The notes: generated by a model not told the origin, from the sequence alone. Counted from the first letter of the stretch, positions 24,685 to 33,578 are shown. The stretch is 38,266 nt of DNA from Thiotrichaceae bacterium (GCA_036478935.1 JAZGES010000137.1:1-38266); one strand, 5' to 3'. A program made the numbers and translations.

Positions 24685-25548
24685 CTAAGGTTCTAAACAG
24701 GCAATTTCAACAACTTTTACCTCTTCCATACGAGTAGCGCCAAACTGTTCTTGACGGAATACTTGTACAGAATAGTTTTTATCTTCACGCTCAGTGATAC
24801 GTGTAATATCGTTAGAGCCAGAAGACATTAACAAACCATCTTCAGCCCAAGCAATTACTTGTCTATCACCATTAGTATCAAGCGTTAACCGTTCAGTTCT
24901 AATGAAAGTAAAACCCATAAAGGTATCAATCTTTCCCTCTACTAATGTTTTAACAACAGCAAAATCAGCGCTAGTTAATTCTGGCTCTTCTAACAAGTCT
25001 TGTAATTGACGAGAAGTTATAGCCATATAACGCCGCATATCTGGGTCGACTTCTTCTTCATTCAATCTACGAGAAGCCTCAAGAAGCTTATTAAGGTTTA
25101 AACCAACACCACCAACTACTATCTTCTGTTCAGCAGGCAACGGAACATTGGTAGTACCATTCTTGCCAGTTCTCGAAACACCCAACGCAGCCTCAATAAC
25201 AATGTCATCACGCTTACGGTTTAATGCCATTACCGCGCTTTGGGCGTATTCAGTAGTAGGATTAGATAGCAGTTTAGTTTTGTCGGCTTGGTCAATAAGA
25301 TCAGCCCATCTAAACGTAGATAGAGATACAGCCCTACGAGCGTGAGGCGTATCTACTCTTGGAGTGTCGTCATGACGTGATGTAGCCTCGACTGCATCTG
25401 TTGCGCCAATCTGTTCGAAGAATTGAGTTTCACTGGATTGTGATTCCATACGGACACGATCCATAAACCTTGACATCATCTGTTGAGATAACAGATCAAT
25501 GTTTGCGCTAAATTCCTGCACAAACGCTGTAGTAATTTCTAAAGACAT
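24685..25548 (-). CDS. Major capsid protein (HK97-fold, N4 gp56 / podovirus type)
   Basis: It follows the scaffold gene and has its own strong promoter. The N-terminus F..EF..N...L.QQ..SRF...V resembles this capsid family. Confidence 0.75.
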   Translation of the reverse strand: MSLEITTAFVQEFSANIDLLSQQMMSRFMDRVRMESQSSETQFFEQIGATDAVEATSRHDDTPRVDTPHARRAVSLSTFRWADLIDQADKTKLLSNPTTEYAQSAVMALNRKRDDIVIEAALGVSRTGKNGTTNVPLPAEQKIVVGGVGLNLNKLLEASRRLNEEEVDPDMRRYMAITSRQLQDLLEEPELTSADFAVVKTLVEGKIDTFMGFTFIRTERLTLDTNGDRQVIAWAEDGLLMSSGSNDITRITEREDKNYSVQVFRQEQFGATRMEEVKVVEIACLEP

Positions 25549-25677
25549 GATAGTCCCTCAGTTAAACAAAATTAATTGCCTAGCTTTTGGGATTATCGGT
25601 AAACGGACCCTAATACTAGAATAAAATAGTACCGGCCCGCTGAGGTTATCGGAGTTCAGGAATATCCTGATATTGCT

Positions 25678-25705
25678 ATTATAGCAAAAATATCAATACA
25701 ATCAA
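25678..25705 (-). promoter_or_regulatory. Sigma70-like promoter upstream of the capsid gene (TTGATT, 16 bp, TATAAT on the minus strand)
   Basis: Hexamers at 25705..25700 and 25683..25678. A CAGGA-ata-TCCTG hairpin lies just downstream. Confidence 0.55.
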
Positions 25706-25714
25706 ATGTCTATA

Positions 25715-26530
25715 TTAATTGTACTGTTCCTCAAATGATTGCCTTACTTTTCTGTGAACTTGTTCATGCTCTGCGTGCCTTTTGTCAGTGTATGCTGGGT
25801 GATTCATCAAAGTGCTTCTGGAATCTTTCATCTCTTGAGGAGTCATGCCTTGCTCAGCTCCTACACCTTCAAGATTTCCACCTTCCATCATCCCTTTACC
25901 AATGTTAGAGAACATTCTTACTAATACTGGATGGTCTGCAAGTTTAATGCCATCAATGGATTTTTCCTTTAGAAAGGATAATTCACTTTCATTAACAAAC
26001 TCATTGACGGCTCTGTTGGCAATCTTTACATTTTTATCAAATCCTGGCCCCCACTCAGTCTTTAATGATTCTAAAGACTCTTTATTGGCAGACTCAGTAT
26101 TAGCATTAAAGGATTCCATAGTTTTAGATGAATGTTCAAAATCCCAAGTAGATAATACCTCTACTTGTTTCTTGCTTAATCCAGCTTTATGGGCAACATC
26201 CAAGAATGAAGCTTGCTTGTCAGTATCAACCTGTACGCCTTCAGGCGCTTTAATCTCATAACCAGATACGTCATCAGGTCTACCCAAACGACCATAAACA
26301 GTAGCATAGTCCTCATCTGTTTCTGGCATTGGGATCTTATCCTTGCCGATCATTCTTTGAGCACTGAGCCAAGACTTACTCATAGACTCAACAGAATCAA
26401 ACTTTGTTATATTCTTGTCCTGTCTCATATCTTCAGGCAATGAGTCATACCACTTGCCATCTGATGTATTTGTAGACTCGTTTACAGCAGGTGCCTCTAC
26501 TGATTCTTGGACTGCTTGTTCTTCGCTCAT
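25715..26530 (-). CDS. Scaffolding protein
   Basis: Acidic, helical, low-complexity protein positioned between the portal and capsid genes. Confidence 0.65.
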   Translation of the reverse strand: MSEEQAVQESVEAPAVNESTNTSDGKWYDSLPEDMRQDKNITKFDSVESMSKSWLSAQRMIGKDKIPMPETDEDYATVYGRLGRPDDVSGYEIKAPEGVQVDTDKQASFLDVAHKAGLSKKQVEVLSTWDFEHSSKTMESFNANTESANKESLESLKTEWGPGFDKNVKIANRAVNEFVNESELSFLKEKSIDGIKLADHPVLVRMFSNIGKGMMEGGNLEGVGAEQGMTPQEMKDSRSTLMNHPAYTDKRHAEHEQVHRKVRQSFEEQYN

Positions 26531-26543
26531 CTATTACCCTCTA

Positions 26544-26792
26544 TCAGTTTATTAAATCAATGACCTTGCGTTCATCCCAATTTAACTTCTTTAAGATATT
26601 TATAGCGGCGTCACGCCGTCCAGCCTGTATAATTAACTCATTAGTATCTGAAGTGGTTACACCGTCCAACATATTACAATGTGTAACTATGTCATCTAAT
26701 ACCCTCTCACCTTCAGGTGTATTAAAGGTTATCCTGTAGTCAGCACTTAATGATTTTAACCTATTGACTTGTTTTTGATTTTGGTCGGCCAA
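26544..26792 (-). CDS. Bbp19-like small phage protein
   Basis: F.TPEGERVLDD ... AGRRDA.I.I resembles the Bbp19 (Bordetella phage BPP-1) family pattern as recalled. Confidence 0.6.
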   Translation of the reverse strand: MADQNQKQVNRLKSLSADYRITFNTPEGERVLDDIVTHCNMLDGVTTSDTNELIIQAGRRDAAINILKKLNWDERKVIDLIN

Positions 26793-27006
26793 CTCTGCCC
26801 CTCCTTTTTTCTTGTTTTAAATGAATAGGAGCTTTTGGTGGAACTTTCTCCTCTGTATATTCTGTCTCAAGATCAACAGTAGGCGCTAGATAATTAATAT
26901 GCCTATGCTTGCACTTAATCTTATGACAACGAACGTATTTATCTTGATGAGGCTGCATTAATCCACCGCATTCGCAAGTTATCTCTACATTAATAATCGC
27001 TCTCAT
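26761..27006 (-). CDS. Zinc-ribbon protein with a basic AT-hook-like tail (81 aa)
   Basis: CEC...C..IKC.H Cys/His cluster and a C-terminal RRGRVGRPKSK. It overlaps the next gene by 32 nt. Confidence 0.6.
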   Translation of the reverse strand: MRAIINVEITCECGGLMQPHQDKYVRCHKIKCKHRHINYLAPTVDLETEYTEEKVPPKAPIHLKQEKRRGRVGRPKSKTSQ

Positions 27007-27020
27007 ATCACCTCTTCTTA

Positions 27021-28604
27021 TTATTGAGCAGCTTGCGCTACCTGTTGGACTGCTTGACCAGCCTCAGCACTTTGCTGAACCATAGCGGCCTGTTGCTGTT
27101 GTGCTTCTAACTCCTGTCTTTGTTGTCTTGATGCGTCTCTTTCTTCCTCCTGCGTTAACTTATCCATATTCACACCAAACTCTTGCATCGTATCCCTTAA
27201 TAATTTATCGCCGTTAATATTTTCAATTAACAAAGTAGGCTGCAATTCAAGAAGAGGAGCCATTGACTGCACAGCCCTAAGAAATCCATTAGCTTCCTGT
27301 TGCTTCTGTGCCTGTGCAATTTGATTAGTGTATTCAAAATCAAAACTAGCGCCGATAGATTCAGGTGGGGGGCCAAACTTACCCTGTCTAAATAAAATAC
27401 CAAACACTCTCTCAAGAGTTGGGCCTAATACCTCAGAATTAACCCTGCCCGTTACTGGTCCTATTAACCTAGTCTTCTCTTCAGTCCTTTGCAGAACCTC
27501 TGTAGCGGTCATCTGAGGGCCGCCAGTGAACTGTAACTGGTCAACAAAGAACGTACTACGTACCTTGTCCTCATAAGAATTTATCAAAGCCTCGCCTATA
27601 TCCATCCTGGCCGGTGGTAACTGCGCTATAGCCTCATTAGGATTGCCAAAGAAAGTATTTACGCCGCCTGGCTTAAGCCTAAGCGAACCTAAGAATCCAT
27701 CATTAGCAACAATCAATGGAGGATCAACAGACTTCTGGCCAGCCTGCAACATTACCCGAACCATTTCATTTAAAACTTTAACATCAGGTAAGGCAGTCAT
27801 TGCAGGAGACCTACCGTAAGTCTCCATAGGTGACTTGTAAAAACGCCCTACAGTTAACGGCATCTCTTGAAATCCACCCTCTTCTAGCAAGGTTCTATCA
27901 ACTTGCAGAACATAAGCAGATTCAATGGGCATATTATCAGCCGTCTTCTTGCTTGCGTCCCTTTCTTTTCTTGGTTGAATACAATGTATAATGAATAACT
28001 TCTGGTCAAAACGCTCAGCCTCAATAGCCTTTGCTATAGACTTACTTGTATTGTCTGGCCAGTGCTCCATTATCTGTTGTACAGTCCACTCAAACCTTCT
28101 GTATACAGTGTCTATTACACCAGCAGCACTCTCAGCTATTACAATCTCAGTTAATGATCTAGCTTGAAAGATTAAACCATCTTTATTTTCATTCTCATCA
28201 ATGAACAAACCAGCAGTACCAAACGCTGAAAACTCAAGAAAATACTCATACATGCTCGTGTAAAAGTTACTACTCGATGCGTTAATAGAGTTAAGCATTA
28301 TCTCTGAGGCATTATCTAACCAACGCTTTCCATCCTCATCGAAATTATCTGTATTAGCCTTGAACCACTTAGTAGCAGGACTTACACTCAGAGACACTAA
28401 CGCAGACGCTAACAACTCATTAGCTTTGATAGGTGTAGAACTAAATAACCTTTGCTGCCTCTTCTCACCCGGTGCTCTCTTAGTGTCAAAGTCATCCCTA
28501 CGCGGATAGATTAACTCTGCTATCTCTCGCCAGTGGCTATCCCATACACCACGATTGGCCTTCAATCTGTCATACCTTTTGATGATACGGTCAACATTGC
28601 TCAT
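27021..28604 (-). CDS. Portal protein
   Basis: 527 aa. RYDRLKANRGVWDSHWREIAELIYPRR is typical of podovirus (gp8-type) portals. Position and a Gln-rich C-terminal tail support the call. Confidence 0.8.
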   Translation of the reverse strand: MSNVDRIIKRYDRLKANRGVWDSHWREIAELIYPRRDDFDTKRAPGEKRQQRLFSSTPIKANELLASALVSLSVSPATKWFKANTDNFDEDGKRWLDNASEIMLNSINASSSNFYTSMYEYFLEFSAFGTAGLFIDENENKDGLIFQARSLTEIVIAESAAGVIDTVYRRFEWTVQQIMEHWPDNTSKSIAKAIEAERFDQKLFIIHCIQPRKERDASKKTADNMPIESAYVLQVDRTLLEEGGFQEMPLTVGRFYKSPMETYGRSPAMTALPDVKVLNEMVRVMLQAGQKSVDPPLIVANDGFLGSLRLKPGGVNTFFGNPNEAIAQLPPARMDIGEALINSYEDKVRSTFFVDQLQFTGGPQMTATEVLQRTEEKTRLIGPVTGRVNSEVLGPTLERVFGILFRQGKFGPPPESIGASFDFEYTNQIAQAQKQQEANGFLRAVQSMAPLLELQPTLLIENINGDKLLRDTMQEFGVNMDKLTQEEERDASRQQRQELEAQQQQAAMVQQSAEAGQAVQQVAQAAQ

Positions 28605-28605
28605 A

Positions 28606-28878
28606 TTAACCGCCCAATAAAGCTTTCTTTTGTTGCTGTTCAGCAGCTAACTTGCCGCCAGCCAATACAGTGGACTGCCTTCCACCAGCAGCAATCTTCC
28701 TTCTACGCTCTGCTTCATCTTTAGCAGCCTTATCAGCCGCTCTCTTTTGAGCCGCGCCTGCATCAGGTAGCTTAGGTATATCAGGGGATAAAATATCACC
28801 TATCGCACTTAATCCAGCTACTGCCGCTAAATTACCAAACCCACCCAAAACACCACCTAACAAACCACCGCCACACAT
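28606..28878 (-). CDS. Small Gly/Ala-rich protein beginning Met-Cys (90 aa), probably a virion or packaging accessory protein
   Basis: Tightly packed between the GNAT and portal genes; MCGGGLLGG start. Confidence 0.55.
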   Translation of the reverse strand: MCGGGLLGGVLGGFGNLAAVAGLSAIGDILSPDIPKLPDAGAAQKRAADKAAKDEAERRRKIAAGGRQSTVLAGGKLAAEQQQKKALLGG

Positions 28879-28887
28879 ATCATCACC

Positions 28888-29331
28888 TTAAATTAATTTA
28901 TAAATTTGCCCGCAATTCTCAAAACCTAATCTTTCGTAAAACATGCCTGCTTTCTTGTCGCCAGTAGTCACACCTAAACAAACCCTGTGACGTGCAACAC
29001 CTTTAGATAAAGACCATTCTATATAAGCTTTTATCATCCTATACGCATGTCTTCCACCCCTGTGGTTATCGTATACATATAGTAATAAATCCGAACTCTT
29101 TAACGTGGGTCCGAAAAAATGGTCATGTACTAGACCAAAAAATACCCCCACAATATCCTCACCTGCCTGTGCTATCAACCCCAACATAGAATCATTGTTA
29201 ATAATACTAGCGCATAGCTCCCTGATTTTAGGGTAACTAAACTCTGTATCAGAATAAGAAGTAGTGCTGTACATGTCATATAGCAAAACCTCTACTTCAC
29301 TAACGTCATCACTACACATTTCCCTAATCAA
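28888..29331 (-). CDS. GNAT-family N-acetyltransferase
   Basis: Motif A-like HRGGRHAYRMI and C-terminal FYERLGF. Confidence 0.75.
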   Translation of the reverse strand: MIREMCSDDVSEVEVLLYDMYSTTSYSDTEFSYPKIRELCASIINNDSMLGLIAQAGEDIVGVFFGLVHDHFFGPTLKSSDLLLYVYDNHRGGRHAYRMIKAYIEWSLSKGVARHRVCLGVTTGDKKAGMFYERLGFENCGQIYKLI

Positions 29332-29340
29332 ATTAATACC

Positions 29341-30837
29341 TTAGTAATTAAATGGATCATAGCCTTGTTCACTATCTTGTACGAATCTGGTGTTATAGGT
29401 CATCTTTCTAGTCTTAGGAGCCCACATGGTCATCATAAGACTATCGGACATATTAGGAGAACTAATGCCCATGTTCTTCATGTCAGCCTTACCCATTATC
29501 TGTATCAAGCCACCAGCGTGAGTAGGCTTAACAGGTATTCGACAACACTCACTACGCAATGCAGGCATATTATCAACGCCCTCAGAGTTAATACTTATCA
29601 TGTCGTCAATGTCAGCATACTCGCCTTTGACCACTACCCTGTAAGTATTGTAGAACCGTTGGGCTAACTGTTGATAATATTGTGATCTATTGTTCTTAAA
29701 CACATCAGCATAAGTGAACCTCTGGTCATTACTACGACCAATGTTTACAGCGTCCTTCATGTAGACATCATCAGCGTTATCTTGCCCACTACCTGAATCA
29801 CTACCTTTAAACATGTGCCACTGAGTACGAGTGCCTCTTAAGCCATCAGCAACCTGCCTTTTAAGGCCTGTGCCCATTCCATCACCATCCCACAAAAACC
29901 AGTCCGTTCGTTCATCTATTGATGCGTTTATAGCCCAATCGCACTTAACATCTATTTCACAGTTAGACTTAGTAGCTACTATTTCGATAATAGAGCCATG
30001 ACGTATAGCTAGACCCGCATCATCCGTGCCAGTGTCAGACGGATCAAACGCAGCAACTACAGCGCCAACAGGTTTAAACAGGGCCTTTAACTTGTCAATC
30101 TTGTGAGCATCTATAGCAGCATCGAACCATTCTGCTTTAATGATTGAGCCGTCAACCTCATCATTATATTTTCCTTCCCATATCCAGTCGTATTTAGCGC
30201 GCGGTAGGTTCTCCCTATCCCATGCCCTTAGAGTTTCCTGTTCATCATTCCACCACGGGTTATCGCGCCAATTTAAAAAGATTATTAAATGAAGGTCATC
30301 CTCATATATGCCCGATCGTTCTAAATGCTTCTGATATGGAACAATGAAACGTTGGGAGAAGGGGTCGGCACTAGACTGTGGGTTAGCAGTGAACCAGCAC
30401 TCGGCACCTGGGTTGCGAATAATAGTAGGTAGTAACTTATCTATAGAATTTTGACTGATCCTGTGAGCCTCTTCGAACCAGCTGTACTTAAACCCCTGAG
30501 CACTCTGTATAGAGTCGGGGTTACGAGCAGCACCCCTGTAGGCAGTAATAGCACCGTTAGGAGCCTTTATGCGTTGATCTGTTATGTCCCAACCCTTTAG
30601 GCTCAATCGTTCATTAACAGACTCTTTTAAGACTCTGTGGACACTGTCGCTTATTGAGTCTTGATATTCACGTAAACAATATATATCCGCACGTTCAGAC
30701 GCCATCTTTAACGTGAGCATATCTGCTATCGCTATGGATTTACCCGAACCCCTTCCACCTACAGCCACTTTAATTTTACGATGAGTAGTGAGGAAACGGG
30801 TTAATTTCTTATTTACTTTTAGATTAGTATCGACCAA
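29341..30837 (-). CDS. terL: Terminase large subunit
   Basis: Walker A GGRGSGKS, Walker B-like YSWFEEAH and a nuclease-domain segment AFDPSDTGTDDAG. TTG start 13 nt after GAGGG. Confidence 0.9.
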   Translation of the reverse strand: MVDTNLKVNKKLTRFLTTHRKIKVAVGGRGSGKSIAIADMLTLKMASERADIYCLREYQDSISDSVHRVLKESVNERLSLKGWDITDQRIKAPNGAITAYRGAARNPDSIQSAQGFKYSWFEEAHRISQNSIDKLLPTIIRNPGAECWFTANPQSSADPFSQRFIVPYQKHLERSGIYEDDLHLIIFLNWRDNPWWNDEQETLRAWDRENLPRAKYDWIWEGKYNDEVDGSIIKAEWFDAAIDAHKIDKLKALFKPVGAVVAAFDPSDTGTDDAGLAIRHGSIIEIVATKSNCEIDVKCDWAINASIDERTDWFLWDGDGMGTGLKRQVADGLRGTRTQWHMFKGSDSGSGQDNADDVYMKDAVNIGRSNDQRFTYADVFKNNRSQYYQQLAQRFYNTYRVVVKGEYADIDDMISINSEGVDNMPALRSECCRIPVKPTHAGGLIQIMGKADMKNMGISSPNMSDSLMMTMWAPKTRKMTYNTRFVQDSEQGYDPFNY

Positions 30838-31325
30838 TTGTGCGTTATACCCTCATGATATTGTAAATACTGGTCATTAATTCATACCAATACTGTACGC
30901 TCGTGCATTATAATTGGTTGTTACTTGGTACTTACTGTATCAGTTACATTGAGTGTATTTAATGAACAGTTGTACTATAACACCTTGGACGATCTGAACC
31001 TTTGGGCATGATACCCCTTGGATCTTAGAACAAATGGACGTTAATAGTTATAGTGATTAGATAGTTGGACATAGATTGTATTCCTAGATATGCAACCGTA
31101 TTAAATGATTCGTTTACATTCATCCGTTCATATTTGCGATATATAAGACTTTAAGAGTAATTCAATAGCAATGTAGAGGGTACGAATAGTTATGCTTGTT
31201 AGAGGGGGTATTTGATGCCTATTGGTTATTAACAGCTTATCCACAATGAATGACTTAGCTCTAAAGTAACACTGAAAGTAACAATGGAATGGTTTTAAAA
31301 GTACAAACCCTTATAGATAAAGGGC

Positions 31326-31721
31326 TTAGGGCTTGGGTTCGGTTCCTGATACATCATCTGAACCAACAAAAGTTACTGTTATATTTCCGTCTACACTTCC
31401 TGAGTGCTTAGTTTCTAAACTTTGTTTGTCAGCCCATCCGTGCCTGTTCTTCATATTCATGAACCATAAACGCTCATTAAAGCTTTTATTTTCCAGATTT
31501 TTGCGACCATGTTTTAGCCACCAAGCCCTTGAAAGACGCTCACCTTGTGTGATGGCCTCAGAAAATTCTAGATTATTTTCTGGTTTTTGCCAATTTGCGA
31601 GAGTATCAAATGTTATGTCCAATTCAGCGCAAACTTCCTCTTTAGATGCACCATCGGACATTAGATCAATAACGACTTGGCACATTTCAGAACGATACTT
31701 AGTAGGTCTACCGGCTGGCAT
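31326..31721 (-). CDS. terS: Terminase small subunit
   Basis: GRPTKY ... EFSEAI..GE.LS.AWW...G..NL....FN..LW...M.NR.GWADK is a pattern typical of phage TerS proteins. Confidence 0.75.
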   Translation of the reverse strand: MPAGRPTKYRSEMCQVVIDLMSDGASKEEVCAELDITFDTLANWQKPENNLEFSEAITQGERLSRAWWLKHGRKNLENKSFNERLWFMNMKNRHGWADKQSLETKHSGSVDGNITVTFVGSDDVSGTEPKP

Positions 31722-31990
31722 TAGGAGTACTCTGTAAGTTATTGTGATATATGATAATTATGTTAACAGATAACAGCGTTAATAGGGTGTAAAGATAGTT
31801 TTATATATTTAAGATCATTTATAGTTAATCACTATTGTGTATAACCTTTGTATAAGTTGTTAGTAACTTGTATATATTAGATATATCGTTTTAGTTTGAA
31901 CTAACCCAACAAGCACACTAGAATAAATATACTCATCAAGTATGTATATTTAGCACATATTTAGTCAAATGTAAATAGGTGGGGAATAGA

Positions 31991-32698
31991 TTAATTTCTT
32001 AGGAAATGCTGGATAGTAAAGTTCCTAACTTCAATATCTGCAGTCGCATCGCTAGCTATCTGTATTCTAGCGCCGTTGTCTAGCGTGTTAGTGTCTCGCA
32101 TATAGAACAGTCTATTAATAGTCACTTCATGAGTACCAGAGGTTTTAAAACTAGCCTCAATCCACGGTTGAGTATAAGTTATCCCGCCGATTCCAGCTAA
32201 TAAGCGCAGTTTAAGAAGTTGATTATTTGCTGATGTTGTCATTTCAAAATTAATTTGCATGCCCAATTGGTCACCAAGCACCATGTCTGTGAAAATAAAC
32301 TGTTGGGTGCTAACGTCCCAAAGTTCGCTCAACCCTGTGACTTTAAATGATTTTTCAGTCGTTGGCCCTACCCCATCGTTGGTTAAATCAGTGAATACTA
32401 ATCCAGCAGGGACAGAAATAGGAGTAGTAGCGGTAGCAAGATCAGCATATTCAATTATGCCCACACGTGCTTGGTCAGGGTTTAAAGTGACCGTTTGTCC
32501 TTTAATCTGAATAGCACCCGTGAAATTTAAATCACCTTGAATTAGTTGTACGCCACTTGTATCAACTATATTTAGATTGCTGTCTGTACTAGTAGTGTGC
32601 AACGTTCTACCGTCCAGTGCCGAGATATTTCCTAATAAATTTGTGGCGTATAACGAGTCTATTTCTGATTGAATATCAGCCCTATTTTTTGCAGTCAC
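31991..32698 (-). CDS. Putative structural or receptor-binding protein (235 aa)
   Basis: The N-terminus ADIQSEIDSLYATNLLGNISA resembles fibre-like phage proteins. GTG start. It has its own extended -10 promoter. Confidence 0.55.
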   Translation of the reverse strand: MTAKNRADIQSEIDSLYATNLLGNISALDGRTLHTTSTDSNLNIVDTSGVQLIQGDLNFTGAIQIKGQTVTLNPDQARVGIIEYADLATATTPISVPAGLVFTDLTNDGVGPTTEKSFKVTGLSELWDVSTQQFIFTDMVLGDQLGMQINFEMTTSANNQLLKLRLLAGIGGITYTQPWIEASFKTSGTHEVTINRLFYMRDTNTLDNGARIQIASDATADIEVRNFTIQHFLRN

Positions 32699-32729
32699 TA
32701 TTCACTCTCTAGCTATATATAGTAGATAT

Positions 32730-32740
32730 ATTATACCACG
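32730..32740 (-). promoter_or_regulatory. Extended -10 promoter element CGTGGTATAAT (minus strand)
   Basis: The same 11-mer occurs at 37104..37114, also upstream of a leftward operon. Confidence 0.5.
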
Positions 32741-32816
32741 TTTAATTTATTTTTACCCTTATCTCATTGAATAACAAAGGCTTTTTAAAAAACCTTACAT
32801 TAACTCTAATTATTAA

Positions 32817-32845
32817 TTGACAATTGTTTAGGGTCTATATACAAT
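32817..32845 (+). promoter_or_regulatory. Early promoter P1: TTGACA, 17 bp, TACAAT, with the palindrome ACAATTGT overlapping the -35
   Basis: Near-identical to 33219..33246. Confidence 0.7.
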
Positions 32846-32851
32846 GCTTTC

Positions 32852-33020
32852 AACAATTGGACTGCGCGATACTCTCCTTAATTAGTCATTACTCAAAACG
32901 ACTTACTGGAAATTGCTAAAAAGTGTGGCGCTGAATATGTGCATATTTACAATAATGGTCAATTTATTTGTAAAGAAATTAATTACTAGAAATAAAACGC
33001 CCCTTCGGGGGCTTTTTTTT
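32852..33020 (+). ncRNA. Candidate short transcript or leader from P1 to a strong terminator (about 170 nt; no ORF with a usable start)
   Basis: Promoter and terminator are both read directly. The only long frame (32882..32989) lacks an ATG, GTG or TTG near its 5' end. Confidence 0.4.
32999..33020 (+). terminator. Rho-independent terminator GCCCC-TTCG-GGGGC followed by T8
   Basis: Read directly. The 20-mer AAACGCCCCTTCGGGGGCTT recurs at 33541..33560. Confidence 0.85.
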
Positions 33021-33033
33021 GGGGAAAAATTTA

Positions 33034-33222
33034 ATGGCAAAACTAGCATCAACTCTTATTAATTATCGCAAAAAACACTCATTAACCCAACTACAATTAT
33101 CAAAACATATAGGGATCAGCGATATGCTGATTTCACTGTACGAGAACGGCAAGCGCAGGCCTGCTGGCAATTCTATCAAGAAACTTTTAAAAATATTTAC
33201 AATAGATGAAATAATCACTTGA
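33034..33222 (+). CDS. XRE-family HTH regulator (62 aa)
   Basis: The segment HSLTQLQLSKHIGISDMLISLYENGKRRP is a canonical HTH_3 pattern. Confidence 0.8.
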   Translation: MAKLASTLINYRKKHSLTQLQLSKHIGISDMLISLYENGKRRPAGNSIKKLLKIFTIDEIIT

Positions 33223-33246
33223 CAATTGTTTAGGTCTATATATAAT
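33219..33246 (+). promoter_or_regulatory. Early promoter P2: TTGACA, 16 bp, TATAAT, with the same ACAATTGT palindrome
   Basis: Duplicate of P1; it overlaps the 3' end of the HTH gene. Confidence 0.7.
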
Positions 33247-33279
33247 AGCTCTACAAACTTAGGAAACGGAGCAAGGGAA

Positions 33280-33537
33280 ATGAGCAACTACACAACAAAC
33301 GAAACAACAAACATGGTTGGACATAATCACAAAATGGAAAACTATAGCGAGTTTTGGTTTCATCTTACTGAATTCGGCGTTTATGCAATCCGCGAGAATC
33401 ACGAAACAGGAAAACATCAACTAATAAATGACCACGGTAACGTAGTTGAAATTTACCCGCATATTACTCATGGTCGGATAATTCTAGTAATTCTATCTGA
33501 GTTGATAACAGATGAGCTAAGAGCCAAAGCACACTAA
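33280..33537 (+). CDS. Hypothetical small early protein (85 aa)
   Basis: ATG at 33280 after GGAGCAAGGGA; driven by P2. Confidence 0.7.
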   Translation: MSNYTTNETTNMVGHNHKMENYSEFWFHLTEFGVYAIRENHETGKHQLINDHGNVVEIYPHITHGRIILVILSELITDELRAKAH

Positions 33538-33544
33538 ATCAAAC

Positions 33545-33560
33545 GCCCCTTCGGGGGCTT
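33545..33560 (+). terminator. Second copy of the GCCCC-TTCG-GGGGC hairpin, without a T-tract
   Basis: Read directly; likely a weak terminator or a processing or stability hairpin. Confidence 0.5.
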
Positions 33561-33578
33561 CTAAAGGAATAGATCCTA

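Noticed and set aside
13233-32510. Many antisense ORFs inside the structural genes (for example 14440..14625, 16281..16532, 17565..18168, 18856..19110, 20468..20695, 23975..24178, 24323..24526, 24794..25345, 25739..26443, 26491..26739, 27227..27516, 28533..28724, 29365..29667, 31333..31737, 32259..32510)
   Set aside because: Each lies wholly inside a longer, motif-supported minus-strand gene. They lack ribosome-binding sites and have low-complexity Ser/Leu-rich translations typical of shadow frames.
32882-32989. A protein-like frame (..LLEIAKKCGAEYVHIYNNGQFICKEINY*) inside the short P1 transcript
   Set aside because: No ATG, GTG or TTG start is available before codon 20 or so, and no Shine-Dalgarno sequence is present. 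It may be a decayed gene remnant and is not called as a CDS.
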